A DNA stretch of 64,000 bases from Candidatus Entotheonellaceae bacterium (GTDB lineage Bacteria; Tectomicrobia; Entotheonellia; Entotheonellales; Entotheonellaceae), in assembly GCA_965238075.1 (NCBI GenBank), contig OZ250173.1:1-64000 (forward strand). The letters run 5' to 3'. Under the pieces are notes generated by a model. The model saw nothing but the letters and a program-made list of their open reading frames with translations. It did not search any database and was not told where the DNA came from. Both the position numbers and the translations under genes were made by a program. This document shows positions 1-9,191 of this stretch, piece after piece; positions within the stretch are counted from its first letter, which is position 1; the number at the start of each line of letters is the position of its first letter.

Positions 1-104
1 AACCCGATTTCTACGGTTCAGGACGTGATCGCAACCAGGCAGCGCCTCTGCTCAAAGGCGCCGAGGGACATGCAGATTACGAAGTAGACGAAACCCGTAA
101 CCCT

Positions 105-812
105 CTATGCGGAGCGGCAAAGCGCGTCGAATGTCGTGCCGGAAAGTACCGCATGAACCAAGCGTGGGAGATTGACCTCAATGGCCCGTCGCCAGTTGGC
201 TTCGGAAGATGCCAGGCAGCCATCGGCGATGATGATAGTCTGAAACCCGTTCTCCACTGCATCGCGGGCCGTGGAATCGACCTGGACGTCGGCGAGGGCG
301 CCCACCACCACGACGCGTGCCACCCCTGCTGCCCGAAGGTGACCGGCAAGGCCGGTGCCAGCGAACGCGCTCAAGCCCGCATAGGGAGGGCGCACGTCGT
401 CCCCGGCGGCCGGAGCCAGCCGTTCGTGGATCTCCGCTCCCCAACTGCCGGCTTCGAAGAGGCCCCGCTCTCGCATCCATGACAGAATCGGGACGAGAGG
501 CAGGGGCTTGTCGCCCACCAGGTCAGCCAACCCAGCCTGGGGTGCGTAGACCACGTCCCACCCGCGTCCGCGGGCCGTATCGAGGAGTCTCGCAAGAGTC
601 AAGACGACGGAGGCAGCAGCCTCAGGCCCGGCGGTCAGATCATAGCCACGGCCGTCCGGCGTAAACAAGTCGTTCTGACAGGCGACCAGTAGGACGGCAG
701 TATCGGCAGCGTTGAAGGCCAGGTCGCATCGCAGCGCACGCTCCGCGGCGCGGCGCATGTAGCCGTTCATCACCCGGTTGAAGATGTTATCCCGATGCCG
801 ACGCATGACCAC
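105..812 (-). CDS. Isochorismatase-family (cysteine hydrolase fold) protein, probably catalytically inactive
   Basis: Motifs CQNDLF, SAFAGTGL, VDSTARDA; the catalytic Asp, Lys and Cys positions are substituted. Start overlaps the upstream paralog and may be the ATG at 806. Confidence 0.8.
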   Translation of the reverse strand: MVMRRHRDNIFNRVMNGYMRRAAERALRCDLAFNAADTAVLLVACQNDLFTPDGRGYDLTAGPEAAASVVLTLARLLDTARGRGWDVVYAPQAGLADLVGDKPLPLVPILSWMRERGLFEAGSWGAEIHERLAPAAGDDVRPPYAGLSAFAGTGLAGHLRAAGVARVVVVGALADVQVDSTARDAVENGFQTIIIADGCLASSEANWRRAIEVNLPRLVHAVLSGTTFDALCRSA

Positions 813-1434
813 CCTCCCGCATTGTCTCTATGGCCCGCTCGAACTCGGCCACGGTCATCAGCTGATGCGCGACGAGCGGGAGCGTTCCTTCGATCGCCGC
901 GTCGTGGTCCCGATGACTCCACGAGGCCACCGCGTCGCGCAATACGGTGACGTGGTAGCCGAGATCGACGCCCTGACGGACGGTCGATTCGACGCAGGTG
1001 TTGGTGAGCAGACCGCAGATCACGATGTGGGTGATCCCCGCGCCGTGCAGATGCGGATCCAGATCCGTGCCACCGAAGGCGCTGGAAACCGGATGCTCGC
1101 ACGCAACGAACTCGGCGGCCTCAGGGGCCAACTCACTGTGAAACTCGCCACCATGTCGGCCGGCGTGAAAGAACCGATTTCGGCGTCCGAGAAATTGGCT
1201 TGGATTCGGGAATCGTGGCTGATTCTCGTTTGGATGGTACCGGTGATGGGGCGCGTAGACGACCAGAATCCCAGACCGTCGCGTAGCGGTAAGCACGCGA
1301 CGGAGATTGGCGATCAAATCGACACGGAGGGCAACCGGCCGCAGCAATAGCCAGCCTTTGCCCCGGCGGGATACGAAGTCGTTAAGCGGGTCGATGACGA
1401 CCACCGCCGTAGCGTCAGCAGGAAAGGCCGTCAT
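787..1434 (-). CDS. Isochorismatase-family cysteine hydrolase
   Basis: VVIDPLNDF, SSAFGGTDL, TNTCVESTVR (catalytic Asp and Cys present). Confidence 0.88.
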   Translation of the reverse strand: MTAFPADATAVVVIDPLNDFVSRRGKGWLLLRPVALRVDLIANLRRVLTATRRSGILVVYAPHHRYHPNENQPRFPNPSQFLGRRNRFFHAGRHGGEFHSELAPEAAEFVACEHPVSSAFGGTDLDPHLHGAGITHIVICGLLTNTCVESTVRQGVDLGYHVTVLRDAVASWSHRDHDAAIEGTLPLVAHQLMTVAEFERAIETMREGGHASASG

Positions 1435-1797
1435 GCCACTGCTCAGAAAGCACCGCGGTAGCGCTCTTCTCGCAGCGCGGGCCCAGAGCGACGATTATGG
1501 TTTGCCATCGGCGGGTCCTCATGCGGGGTGGCCATTATCGCGCATGATCCTAGTCCAGGCCAGAACCAAAAGCAATCGGCTTGGCCTGCTTCCCCTGAGG
1601 CCATAGAATACCCTCTTTGCATCCTACACATGCACGCGCTGATGGGCCGTTTTGCGGGTGCTGCGCCCGCTATCTTGTGGTGCGATGGCCGCGTGGCGGA
1701 CATCGGCCGTCAGCGTTCGCGGCGGCGGGTGCATTAGCTTCCCCGTTAATGAGACAAGTCATAAGTAGAGCTTTCTGGCACAAGGTGGTGAACCTTT

Positions 1798-3366
1798 ATG
1801 AAAGTCAGCAGCATTTCAGAGATGCGGGCGCTGGACCGCGAGGCGATTGAAGGTTTCGGCATTCCCGAGGACCTACTCATGGAGAACGCCGGCGAGGCAG
1901 CTTGCGCGGTGCTCGGGCGCGAGGTTGGTGTGGCGGGCAAAAACTTTGTCGTCGTCTGCGGCGTCGGCAACAACGGTGGCGACGGCTTCGTGGCGGCGCG
2001 GCGACTGCATGCCGGCGGCGCTGCCGTGAACGTGGTCGTGGTCGGTGACGAAAATCGCCTGCGCGGCGCTGCCCTGAAAAATCGGCAGACCTTGTCCCGC
2101 CTGCCGGTCAAGGTTGATACCCTCAAAGAAATTGCTCCCCTGGCCGCCGATCTGGCTGCCTGCGACGTCGTTGTTGACGCCCTGCTGGGCACGGGGCTTT
2201 CCCGTCCGGTGGCGGGTCTGCAACGCGAGGTCATTGAGCGCATCAACGACAGCGGCAAAACCGTGTTGAGTCTCGACGTGCCCTCCGGCATCCACGGTGA
2301 CACCGGCGCCGTGATGAGCGTCGCCGTGCGCGCCGACCTGACCGTCACCTTCGGCCTGCCCAAACGGGGTAACCTACTGTGGCCCGGTTTTGGACACTGC
2401 GGCAAGCTATACGTTTCTCCCCTCTCGTTCCCGCCCTCCATGATCGAGGCGGCCGATCTGCAGGTGGCCGTCAATGATCCCCTGCCCCTGCCGCCGCGCG
2501 ACCCGCAGGGCCACAAGGGAACGTTTGGCGACGCGCTGTTTATCGCCGGTGCGGGCAGTTACTTCGGTGCTCCGTACCTGGCCGCCCTGTCGTTCCTGAA
2601 AGCCGGCGGCGGCTACGCGCGGCTCGCCGCTCCCGCCGCCATGACGCCGTTTCTTGCCATCCAAGGCTCTGAGATCGTCTTTGTACCGCAGCAGGAAACG
2701 CCTGCTGGCAGCATCGGCATCGGCAACAAGGCGGCTCTGCTGGACCTCGGCGCGGGTGTGGATTTCGTGGTGCTCGGCCCCGGATTGTCACTGGACGCGG
2801 AATCTCAGCAACTGGCTCGCGAGTTGGCTGCCGAGTTGAGCAAGCCGCTGCTGATCGACGGCGATGGCATCACGGCCATGTGCAGGGAACCGTCAATCCT
2901 CGCCAATCGACAGCAACCGACCATTCTGACCCCGCACACCGGCGAGATGGCCCGCCTGACCGGCCGCTCTGCCAACGAGGTAGAAGCCGACCGCATCGCT
3001 GCCGTCCAGGAAACCGCGGCGCGGCTCAGGGCGTTAATCGTCCTGAAAGGCGCGCACTCGCTGATTGCTACCCCTGACGGGCAGGTATTCATCAACCTCA
3101 GCGGGAACTCCGGCATGGCCACCCCGGGTTCGGGCGACGTTCTGACCGGCGCCATTGCCGCCATGTTCGGGTTGGGCCTTGCGATTCCCGAAGCAGTACG
3201 CATGGGTGTCTTCCTACACGGCCTGGCAGGTGACCTGGCGGTTGCCGAAACCGGCGCCGACGGCTTGGTGGCGTCGGACATCCTGCGGATGCTGCCAGCG
3301 TCCATGCGGCAGGCGCGTGGCGGCGGACCGTGGGACGAACGGTACACCGGGCCACAGATCGTTTGA
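1798..3366 (+). CDS. nnr: Bifunctional NAD(P)H-hydrate epimerase/dehydratase (YjeF/Nnr)
   Basis: LMENAG, GNNGGDG, DALLGTG, DVPSG; C-terminal HKGTFG, TPHTGEM, GSGDVLTG. Confidence 0.95.
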   Translation: MKVSSISEMRALDREAIEGFGIPEDLLMENAGEAACAVLGREVGVAGKNFVVVCGVGNNGGDGFVAARRLHAGGAAVNVVVVGDENRLRGAALKNRQTLSRLPVKVDTLKEIAPLAADLAACDVVVDALLGTGLSRPVAGLQREVIERINDSGKTVLSLDVPSGIHGDTGAVMSVAVRADLTVTFGLPKRGNLLWPGFGHCGKLYVSPLSFPPSMIEAADLQVAVNDPLPLPPRDPQGHKGTFGDALFIAGAGSYFGAPYLAALSFLKAGGGYARLAAPAAMTPFLAIQGSEIVFVPQQETPAGSIGIGNKAALLDLGAGVDFVVLGPGLSLDAESQQLARELAAELSKPLLIDGDGITAMCREPSILANRQQPTILTPHTGEMARLTGRSANEVEADRIAAVQETAARLRALIVLKGAHSLIATPDGQVFINLSGNSGMATPGSGDVLTGAIAAMFGLGLAIPEAVRMGVFLHGLAGDLAVAETGADGLVASDILRMLPASMRQARGGGPWDERYTGPQIV

Positions 3367-3384
3367 GTGGCGGCAAATTCCCGT

Positions 3385-4560
3385 CTATTTGATCACCACC
3401 TCATCCACGCGAAAGCGCTCCGCCGCTGTCCAGTCGTAGCCGACACCCAGTCCCGGCCCCTGCGGCACCCGAACACAGCCGGTTTTGTCAATGCTCGCAA
3501 GCTCGTCAGCGTAGCCGTCCTGGTAGATGGGCAGCGATACGATGTTGTCCAGCTTCGGGTGCACCAGGCCCATCTCGTAGAAATTGGAGTTGCGCATCGC
3601 GGCCATGCAGTGTCGCTGCGCCGGGCCGGCGATGTGCAGTTCCAGGTCCATGCCGAACCCTTCCGCGGCGTGGGCGATTTTCATCGCCCCGGTAATCCCG
3701 CCGTCGTATTCCGGGTCGGCGCGGGCGAAGTCGGTAGCCTCGGCGGCTGCCATGTCAACGTGCGCCTCGACGAGGTGCAAGTGCTCACCCTGCAGTAGCG
3801 GCGTGGTCAGGGCGTGGCGCAGTTGCCGGTGCGCGTAGTGCGACACGCCGCCGTCCTTGAGCGGGTCCTCGTACCAGAAAAATCCCTCGGCGTCGCAGGC
3901 CCGCCCGACCCGCAGGGCGTCGGCATAGGTGTTGTAAGCGCAGCATGGATCGAGCATCAGGGCCATTTTGCCGCCGACGCGCCGCCCGACGGCGTGCACC
4001 GTGGCGATTTCCTGGGTGATGGGGCCTTCGCCCCAGGAGTGGATCTTGAACCCTTGATAACCCATTTCGAGACACTGTTCGGCGAAATCGGCAAACGCCT
4101 CCGGGCAATCGAGACCGCCGGGAGTGCGGTCGGCGTGGTAGGTGCTGGCGTAAGTCGGCAGGTCTTCGCGGTAGCCGCCCAGCAGCCGGTAGACCGGCGC
4201 CTGGTGGAGCTTGCCCGCCAAGTCCCATAGGGCGATGTCGACGGGGCCGATACCCATGCGGTCGTTCTTGCGCAGGATCACCTTGGCCTGGTTGTAGAAG
4301 CGCTCGCGTTCGAGGGCATTCTTGCCAATCAGAAACGGTGCGAACAGGTTGATTTGCTCGAAGGTGGCGGGCGCGATGCTGACGTATTCGCCGGTTACGC
4401 CCACGTCGGTATGGATGCGGATGCCCAACGCTGAGCGGGCGCCCTGCTGGCCGGGCTCGTAAAATGCCCCCATGGCGAAGCTGAGGTCGTATCCGACGTT
4501 CTTGAACGGGAAGCGGTAGCGGGTGAGCTGGATGCGCTCGATGATCGGCGTGTTGTTCAT
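3385..4560 (-). CDS. Mandelate racemase/muconate lactonizing enzyme (enolase superfamily)
   Basis: VDIALWDLAGK...PVYRLLGG, metal ligands D/E/E (LMLDP, WYEDP, GE), C-terminal PQGPGLG. Confidence 0.9.
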   Translation of the reverse strand: MNNTPIIERIQLTRYRFPFKNVGYDLSFAMGAFYEPGQQGARSALGIRIHTDVGVTGEYVSIAPATFEQINLFAPFLIGKNALERERFYNQAKVILRKNDRMGIGPVDIALWDLAGKLHQAPVYRLLGGYREDLPTYASTYHADRTPGGLDCPEAFADFAEQCLEMGYQGFKIHSWGEGPITQEIATVHAVGRRVGGKMALMLDPCCAYNTYADALRVGRACDAEGFFWYEDPLKDGGVSHYAHRQLRHALTTPLLQGEHLHLVEAHVDMAAAEATDFARADPEYDGGITGAMKIAHAAEGFGMDLELHIAGPAQRHCMAAMRNSNFYEMGLVHPKLDNIVSLPIYQDGYADELASIDKTGCVRVPQGPGLGVGYDWTAAERFRVDEVVIK

Positions 4561-4615
4561 GATGATCTTTCATGGCGGCGCGGCATGTGCTGAGGCGCCG
4601 CGGGGAGTTACTGTG

Positions 4616-4651
4616 CCCTCTCCCCTGGAGGGAGAAGGTTGGGATGAGGGG
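4616..4651. repeat. REP-like palindrome, CCCTCTCCC/GGGAGAGG family
   Basis: ccctctcccctggagggagaaggttgggatgagggg; related copies at 7326-7362 and 35949-36007. Confidence 0.6.
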
Positions 4652-4733
4652 AATTAAATTGAGACACTCACCACCCCAGGCTGCGGCGCATTGTACGACG
4701 TACCGCCAAGCCGATACTATCGTTGGCTCCGGC

Positions 4734-5648
4734 CTACTTCTCTCGCGGAACAACCTTGTGGTGAATTGGGGGCAAAGATTGGATATAGGCCGCTATCGCC
4801 CCCAGGTCGGCCTCGCTGAGGTGGCTGTAGCCCGTTTCGATGAGTTCGCTCATCAGGCCTTGGGTATCGTCGCCATCGGGTTTCAGCCCCATTTGCAGAA
4901 ACCAGACGACATCCGCAGGGCTCCATGAGCCAATGCCCGTGCCCGCATCAGGGGTGATGTTAGGAGCCAGTTCGCCGTCCGGGCCGTCAACGGTGCCGGC
5001 GTGCCGCCTGTCCTTCTGGAGGCCGCCCATTAGGTCGCGCGGCGTGTGGCATTCCCCGCAGTGACCCAGGGCCTGGACGAGATACGCGCCCCGGTTCCAC
5101 TGCGGGGATTGGTCGGGTTCCGACTGCAAGGCGCCGGATTGAAAATACAACCACTTCCACACCCGCACCCCGAAGCGCCAACTAAACGGGGCCTGCAAGT
5201 CGGGCGTTTTGTTCGCTTGTGCAATCGGAGGTATCGAGAAGAGGTAGGCTTTCAGGTCCAGCACGTCCTGTCGGGTCATCCGGGTGAAGGACGTATAAGG
5301 AAAGACGGGAAAGTACTGCACACCCGACGGGCCCACGCCCAGCGTCATGGCGCGGAGGAAATCCTCATCGCTCCAGGCGCCAATACCCGTCTTCGGATCG
5401 GGTGTGATATTCGTACTGTAGATCGTTCCGAACGGCGTGGCGATAGGCCGCCCGCCCGCCATGAAGGCGCCTTGGTTCTTCACGTCAGTGTGACAACTGC
5501 AGCCGCCCGCAGCCCAGAACAGGTAGGCGCCGCGCTCCACCGGCGGACTCTCCTGCCCTGTCGCTGTCCCGACCGACAACCAAAGCATCAGGGTAAGGAA
5601 CACAGCGACGGATCGACGCCTGCTTTTCGGGGCGTACCCAACGCGCAA
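4734..5648 (-). CDS. Periplasmic di-heme cytochrome c (alcohol/gluconate dehydrogenase cytochrome-like)
   Basis: Signal peptide, RGAYL repeats, NITPD repeats, heme motifs GGCSCH (CXCH) and CGECH; TTG start with GAGGAG RBS. Confidence 0.88.
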   Translation of the reverse strand: MRVGYAPKSRRRSVAVFLTLMLWLSVGTATGQESPPVERGAYLFWAAGGCSCHTDVKNQGAFMAGGRPIATPFGTIYSTNITPDPKTGIGAWSDEDFLRAMTLGVGPSGVQYFPVFPYTSFTRMTRQDVLDLKAYLFSIPPIAQANKTPDLQAPFSWRFGVRVWKWLYFQSGALQSEPDQSPQWNRGAYLVQALGHCGECHTPRDLMGGLQKDRRHAGTVDGPDGELAPNITPDAGTGIGSWSPADVVWFLQMGLKPDGDDTQGLMSELIETGYSHLSEADLGAIAAYIQSLPPIHHKVVPREK

Positions 5649-5834
5649 TGCTTCTCCTCTCGTTGTTCATTCAAAACCCCGTGCCTCGATGCCTCGCTAT
5701 CCAAAGCCATCAAACCACAATTCGCTGAAACTACGCAATCCCTGATCCGTCGAATGCTTCTACCCGCGGGCGTTATGCGGCGGATGTAAAATACCTGGAA
5801 TACGTCCCTGAACCTTGCGAGCGGAGGATGTGGC

Positions 5835-7319
5835 ATGGCGGGTTACCTGTTGGGCTACGACATCGGCAGTTCGGCGATCAAGGCGGCGGTGGTTGAAGCG
5901 GACAGTGGCGCGTTGATAGGTTCGGCGGTCTCGCCGGCTGACGAGCTGCCCATCGAGGGGCCGCGGCCCGGTTGGGCGGAGCAGCACCCCGAGGTGTGGT
6001 GGACGCATGTGTGTGCAGCCACCCGGCAATTGGCTGCCGCGCACCCGGCGGCGCTGCGGGCGGTTAAGGCTATTGGGCTATCGTACCAGATGCATGGATT
6101 GGTGCTGGTGGACCGCGCCCAGCGGGTGCTGCGCCCGGCCATCCTGTGGTGTGACAGCCGCGCGGCGGACATTGGCCGCCGCGCCTTCAAGGCGTTGGGC
6201 GAGGCCGTGTGTCTGCAGCGCCTGCTCAACTCGCCGGGAAATTTCACGGCCTCGAAGCTGAAATGGGTGAAGGACAACGAACCGGACGTGTTTGCCCGCG
6301 TGCACAAGGCGATGCTGCCGGGGGACTACGTGGCGCTGCGGATGACCGGCGAGGCGGTGACGACGCCCGCTGGCCTCTCAGAGGGTATCCTGTGGGATTT
6401 TCAGACGGAGCGCGTGGCCGAAGTCCTACTGGCGCATTACGGCATTCCGGCCGCCTATATCCCGCCCGTGGTGGAGGTCTTCTCGGCGCAGGGCGCTTTG
6501 CAGGCTCGCGCTGCCGCGGACCTGGGGCTGCCAGCCGGCATCCCGCTGGCCTATCGCAGCGGTGATCAGCCCAACAATGCGCTGTCTCTCAACGTGCTGG
6601 AGCCGGGCGAAGTGGCGGCAACGGCGGGAACGTCTGGGGTCGTCTATGCCGTGAGCGACACGCCGCGGGCGGATGCCCAAGGGCGCGTCAACACGTTTCT
6701 GCACGTCAACCATCAATGGCAGCGCCCGCGATATGGCACCCTGCTGTGCATCAACGGCGCCGGCAGCCTGTACCGCTGGCTGCGGCACACGGTGATGCCG
6801 CCGGGAACGGACTACGCCGACATGAACCGCTTAGCGGCTACCGCTCCTGTCGGCGCCGATGGGCTGTCCCTGCTGCCGTTCGGCAACGGCGCCGAGCGCC
6901 TGCTTCAGGACCGCCACATCGGCGCGCGCCTCGACGGTCTCGATTTCAACCGACACACCCGCGCGCACCTGCTGCGGGCCGCACAGGAGGGCATCGTTTT
7001 CGCCCTGCATCACGGTCTGCAGATGATGCGAGGCCTTGGTCTGGAAACCCGGACCGTGCGTGCCGCCGCGGGCAATCTGTTCCTCAGTCCGCTTTTCTGT
7101 TCTGCCTTCGCCACCCTCACCGGCACGCGCCTGGAGTTGTACGATACCGACGGCGCCCAGGGCGCTGCCCGCGCCGCCGGCCTTGGCGCCGGTTTGTACG
7201 GTGATGTGGCCGAGGCGCTGCGCGGCCAGCGGCAACTACGGGCCTTCGCACCGGATCCCAGCGTGTTGCCGGCGTACCGGGAGGCGTACGCGCGCTGGTG
7301 CTCTGTGCTTGAGATGTGA
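5835..7319 (+). CDS. xylB: FGGY carbohydrate kinase, xylulokinase-like
   Basis: LGYDIGSS, GWAEQHP, ILWCDSRA, GDQPNN, GTSG, PFGNGAER. Confidence 0.85.
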   Translation: MAGYLLGYDIGSSAIKAAVVEADSGALIGSAVSPADELPIEGPRPGWAEQHPEVWWTHVCAATRQLAAAHPAALRAVKAIGLSYQMHGLVLVDRAQRVLRPAILWCDSRAADIGRRAFKALGEAVCLQRLLNSPGNFTASKLKWVKDNEPDVFARVHKAMLPGDYVALRMTGEAVTTPAGLSEGILWDFQTERVAEVLLAHYGIPAAYIPPVVEVFSAQGALQARAAADLGLPAGIPLAYRSGDQPNNALSLNVLEPGEVAATAGTSGVVYAVSDTPRADAQGRVNTFLHVNHQWQRPRYGTLLCINGAGSLYRWLRHTVMPPGTDYADMNRLAATAPVGADGLSLLPFGNGAERLLQDRHIGARLDGLDFNRHTRAHLLRAAQEGIVFALHHGLQMMRGLGLETRTVRAAAGNLFLSPLFCSAFATLTGTRLELYDTDGAQGAARAAGLGAGLYGDVAEALRGQRQLRAFAPDPSVLPAYREAYARWCSVLEM

Positions 7320-7325
7320 TCGAAG

Positions 7326-7362
7326 CCCCTCTCCCTGACCGTCTCTCGCCTGGGGAGAGGGG
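7326..7362. repeat. REP-like inverted repeat between convergent genes (may act as terminator)
   Basis: cccctctccc...gggagagggg. Confidence 0.55.
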
Positions 7363-7403
7363 TTCAAGGGCGCCCCGCCCGTGCAATTTGCCCAAAGCCA
7401 ATC

Positions 7404-8423
7404 TTACGGACGTGACAGAATCGTCACCCACATGGGAGTATTGCCCACGTCGTATGTTCCCAGGTGGTGCAGGGTGCCGTTGTCGGCGTCAATACGGTAG
7501 GCGGCAAGGCGGCCGGATTCGAGGCCGGCGGCGTAGAGAAAATTGCCGCTGGGATCGATTCCGAAGGCGCGCGGCACGGGTTCGGTGGCAATGCGGTCGG
7601 CGGGATTCAGGGTGCCCGTGTCGGGGTCCACGGCGAAGCAGGCCATGCTGTTGTGGCCGCGATTGGGGGCGAAGAGCATGCGGCCCGATGGCGTCATGTG
7701 GATTTGTGCGCAGGTGTTGTCGCCGTCGAAATTATCCGGCACGGTGGAAACCGTTTGTAGGGCGCTCAGCGTGCCCGCCGCGGTGTCGAGAGCGTAGGCA
7801 GTGACGCTGCATCCCTGCTCGTTGGAAAAATACACGATGTCCTTGTGGGGATGAAAGCAGAAGTGCCGCGGCCCCACGGGGTCGGGCGGCGTGAGCCGGG
7901 CGGGCGTGTTGGGGGTCAGGCGGCCGGTTTGCGCGTCGAATCGGAACTGAAAGATCGCGTTGGGACCTTTGCCGGCGATGTGCGGCACGAAGGCGAAGCG
8001 GTTGTTTGGATCCGTTTGCAGCGCATGCGCGCCGGTGGCCGTATCCAGCCATTCCACGGGTGGGGCACTGACGGCGCCGCCGCCGTCGATGGCGTGCACG
8101 GCAGCCTTGCCGGCGGCGTAATAGGCGGAAAACAGAAATTTGCCTTGGCGGTCCATTGCGAGGTAGCAAGGTTCGGCGTCCAGAGCCACGGCGCCGATTG
8201 GGGCGAGGTCGCCGGTGTGCGGGTCGATGCGAAAGCTGGACACCTCGCGGACGCCGCGGCGCCCGACGTGTAGGAATTGGCCCCGCGAGTCGACCGCCAT
8301 GGGGGCTGGTCCGCCGGGAACGGCAACCGGATCAAGGGGATCGAGGTGGCCGGTGTGCGGGTCCACGCTGAAGCGGCGGATGCAATCATCGCCTTGCAGG
8401 GAGACATAGAGTTGGGTTGGCAT
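7404..8423 (-). CDS. Lactonase family beta-propeller (6-phosphogluconolactonase-like)
   Basis: GPRHFCFHP, NRGHNS, PRAFGIDPSG, repeated propeller blades. Confidence 0.9.
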   Translation of the reverse strand: MPTQLYVSLQGDDCIRRFSVDPHTGHLDPLDPVAVPGGPAPMAVDSRGQFLHVGRRGVREVSSFRIDPHTGDLAPIGAVALDAEPCYLAMDRQGKFLFSAYYAAGKAAVHAIDGGGAVSAPPVEWLDTATGAHALQTDPNNRFAFVPHIAGKGPNAIFQFRFDAQTGRLTPNTPARLTPPDPVGPRHFCFHPHKDIVYFSNEQGCSVTAYALDTAAGTLSALQTVSTVPDNFDGDNTCAQIHMTPSGRMLFAPNRGHNSMACFAVDPDTGTLNPADRIATEPVPRAFGIDPSGNFLYAAGLESGRLAAYRIDADNGTLHHLGTYDVGNTPMWVTILSRP

Positions 8424-8457
8424 GGGGTTCCTTTCCGGATGACGGGGCGGAACGGCT

Positions 8458-8482
8458 GGGGCGGGTTTGAAGCCCTCCCCTG
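8458..8482. repeat. GTAG-type REP-like element (degenerate)
   Basis: Reverse complement caggggagggcttcaaacccgcccc resembles 14674-14698. Confidence 0.4.
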
Positions 8483-8495
8483 CACGCCCAAACGC

Positions 8496-9146
8496 TTAAG
8501 GATCAATGCGGCGATAAACGCCGGGGGAACCCTCGCCATGCGTCATGGCCTGCCGCATGCGTTCGGAGTTGGGTGAGGAATTCTGGCGCTGGTCGTGCCA
8601 AGCGTCGGTTTCAGGCACCTTGTCGTTCTCGAACTCGTAAACCGTGGCATAGCCGGTGGTGCCGTCGATGACGCGGTAGCGGCGGGCATAGATGACGCCC
8701 GGCACCTTACGATAGCCGGGCACGTATTCGCCGCTGTACCAGGCGTTCCATTCGGCGTCCACCGCCTGCGGCACCGACATGCGGCCGATCTGTAGGCAGG
8801 GCGCCATGCCGCGGTCCGGCATTTCCACTTGCTCCGGGAAAATCTGCTGGCCGACGACACGGGTCAGGTTCTTGCCGATAACGGTCGGCGACACGCGTTC
8901 GCCCCACGGGGTGCGGGGCCGGTTCTTGAACGCCGGGGTTTGCAGTACGTCGGTGCTTTCGATCTCGTAGGCGGCGAGGTACTTCGGGCCGCCCTTGACG
9001 GCTTCGTAACGCGCCGCGGACACAATGCCGGGCACGGCGAGCAACTCGGGAAGGTGCTCGGTGTTGTACCAATCGTTGAATTCGTCTTCGTGTTGGGAGT
9101 CGATGTCCGTATAGATGAGGAAGATGGCGTTGCCCTTGCTTGGCAT
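8496..9146 (-). CDS. Tandem EthD/DUF4286-like dimeric alpha-beta barrel protein
   Basis: Two repeats of EFNDWYNTEHLPELLAVPG / EWNAWYSGEYVPGYRKVPG. Confidence 0.8.
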   Translation of the reverse strand: MPSKGNAIFLIYTDIDSQHEDEFNDWYNTEHLPELLAVPGIVSAARYEAVKGGPKYLAAYEIESTDVLQTPAFKNRPRTPWGERVSPTVIGKNLTRVVGQQIFPEQVEMPDRGMAPCLQIGRMSVPQAVDAEWNAWYSGEYVPGYRKVPGVIYARRYRVIDGTTGYATVYEFENDKVPETDAWHDQRQNSSPNSERMRQAMTHGEGSPGVYRRIDP

Positions 9147-9191
9147 GAGAGTTTCTCCTGTGAATAAGCGTTGCGCGAGTTGAAACTCGCC

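Noticed and set aside
1435-1797. Short ORFs or ncRNA in this intergenic region, and at 46854-47237 and 61461-61810
   Set aside because: No coding signature or known RNA motif beyond the repeats already listed.
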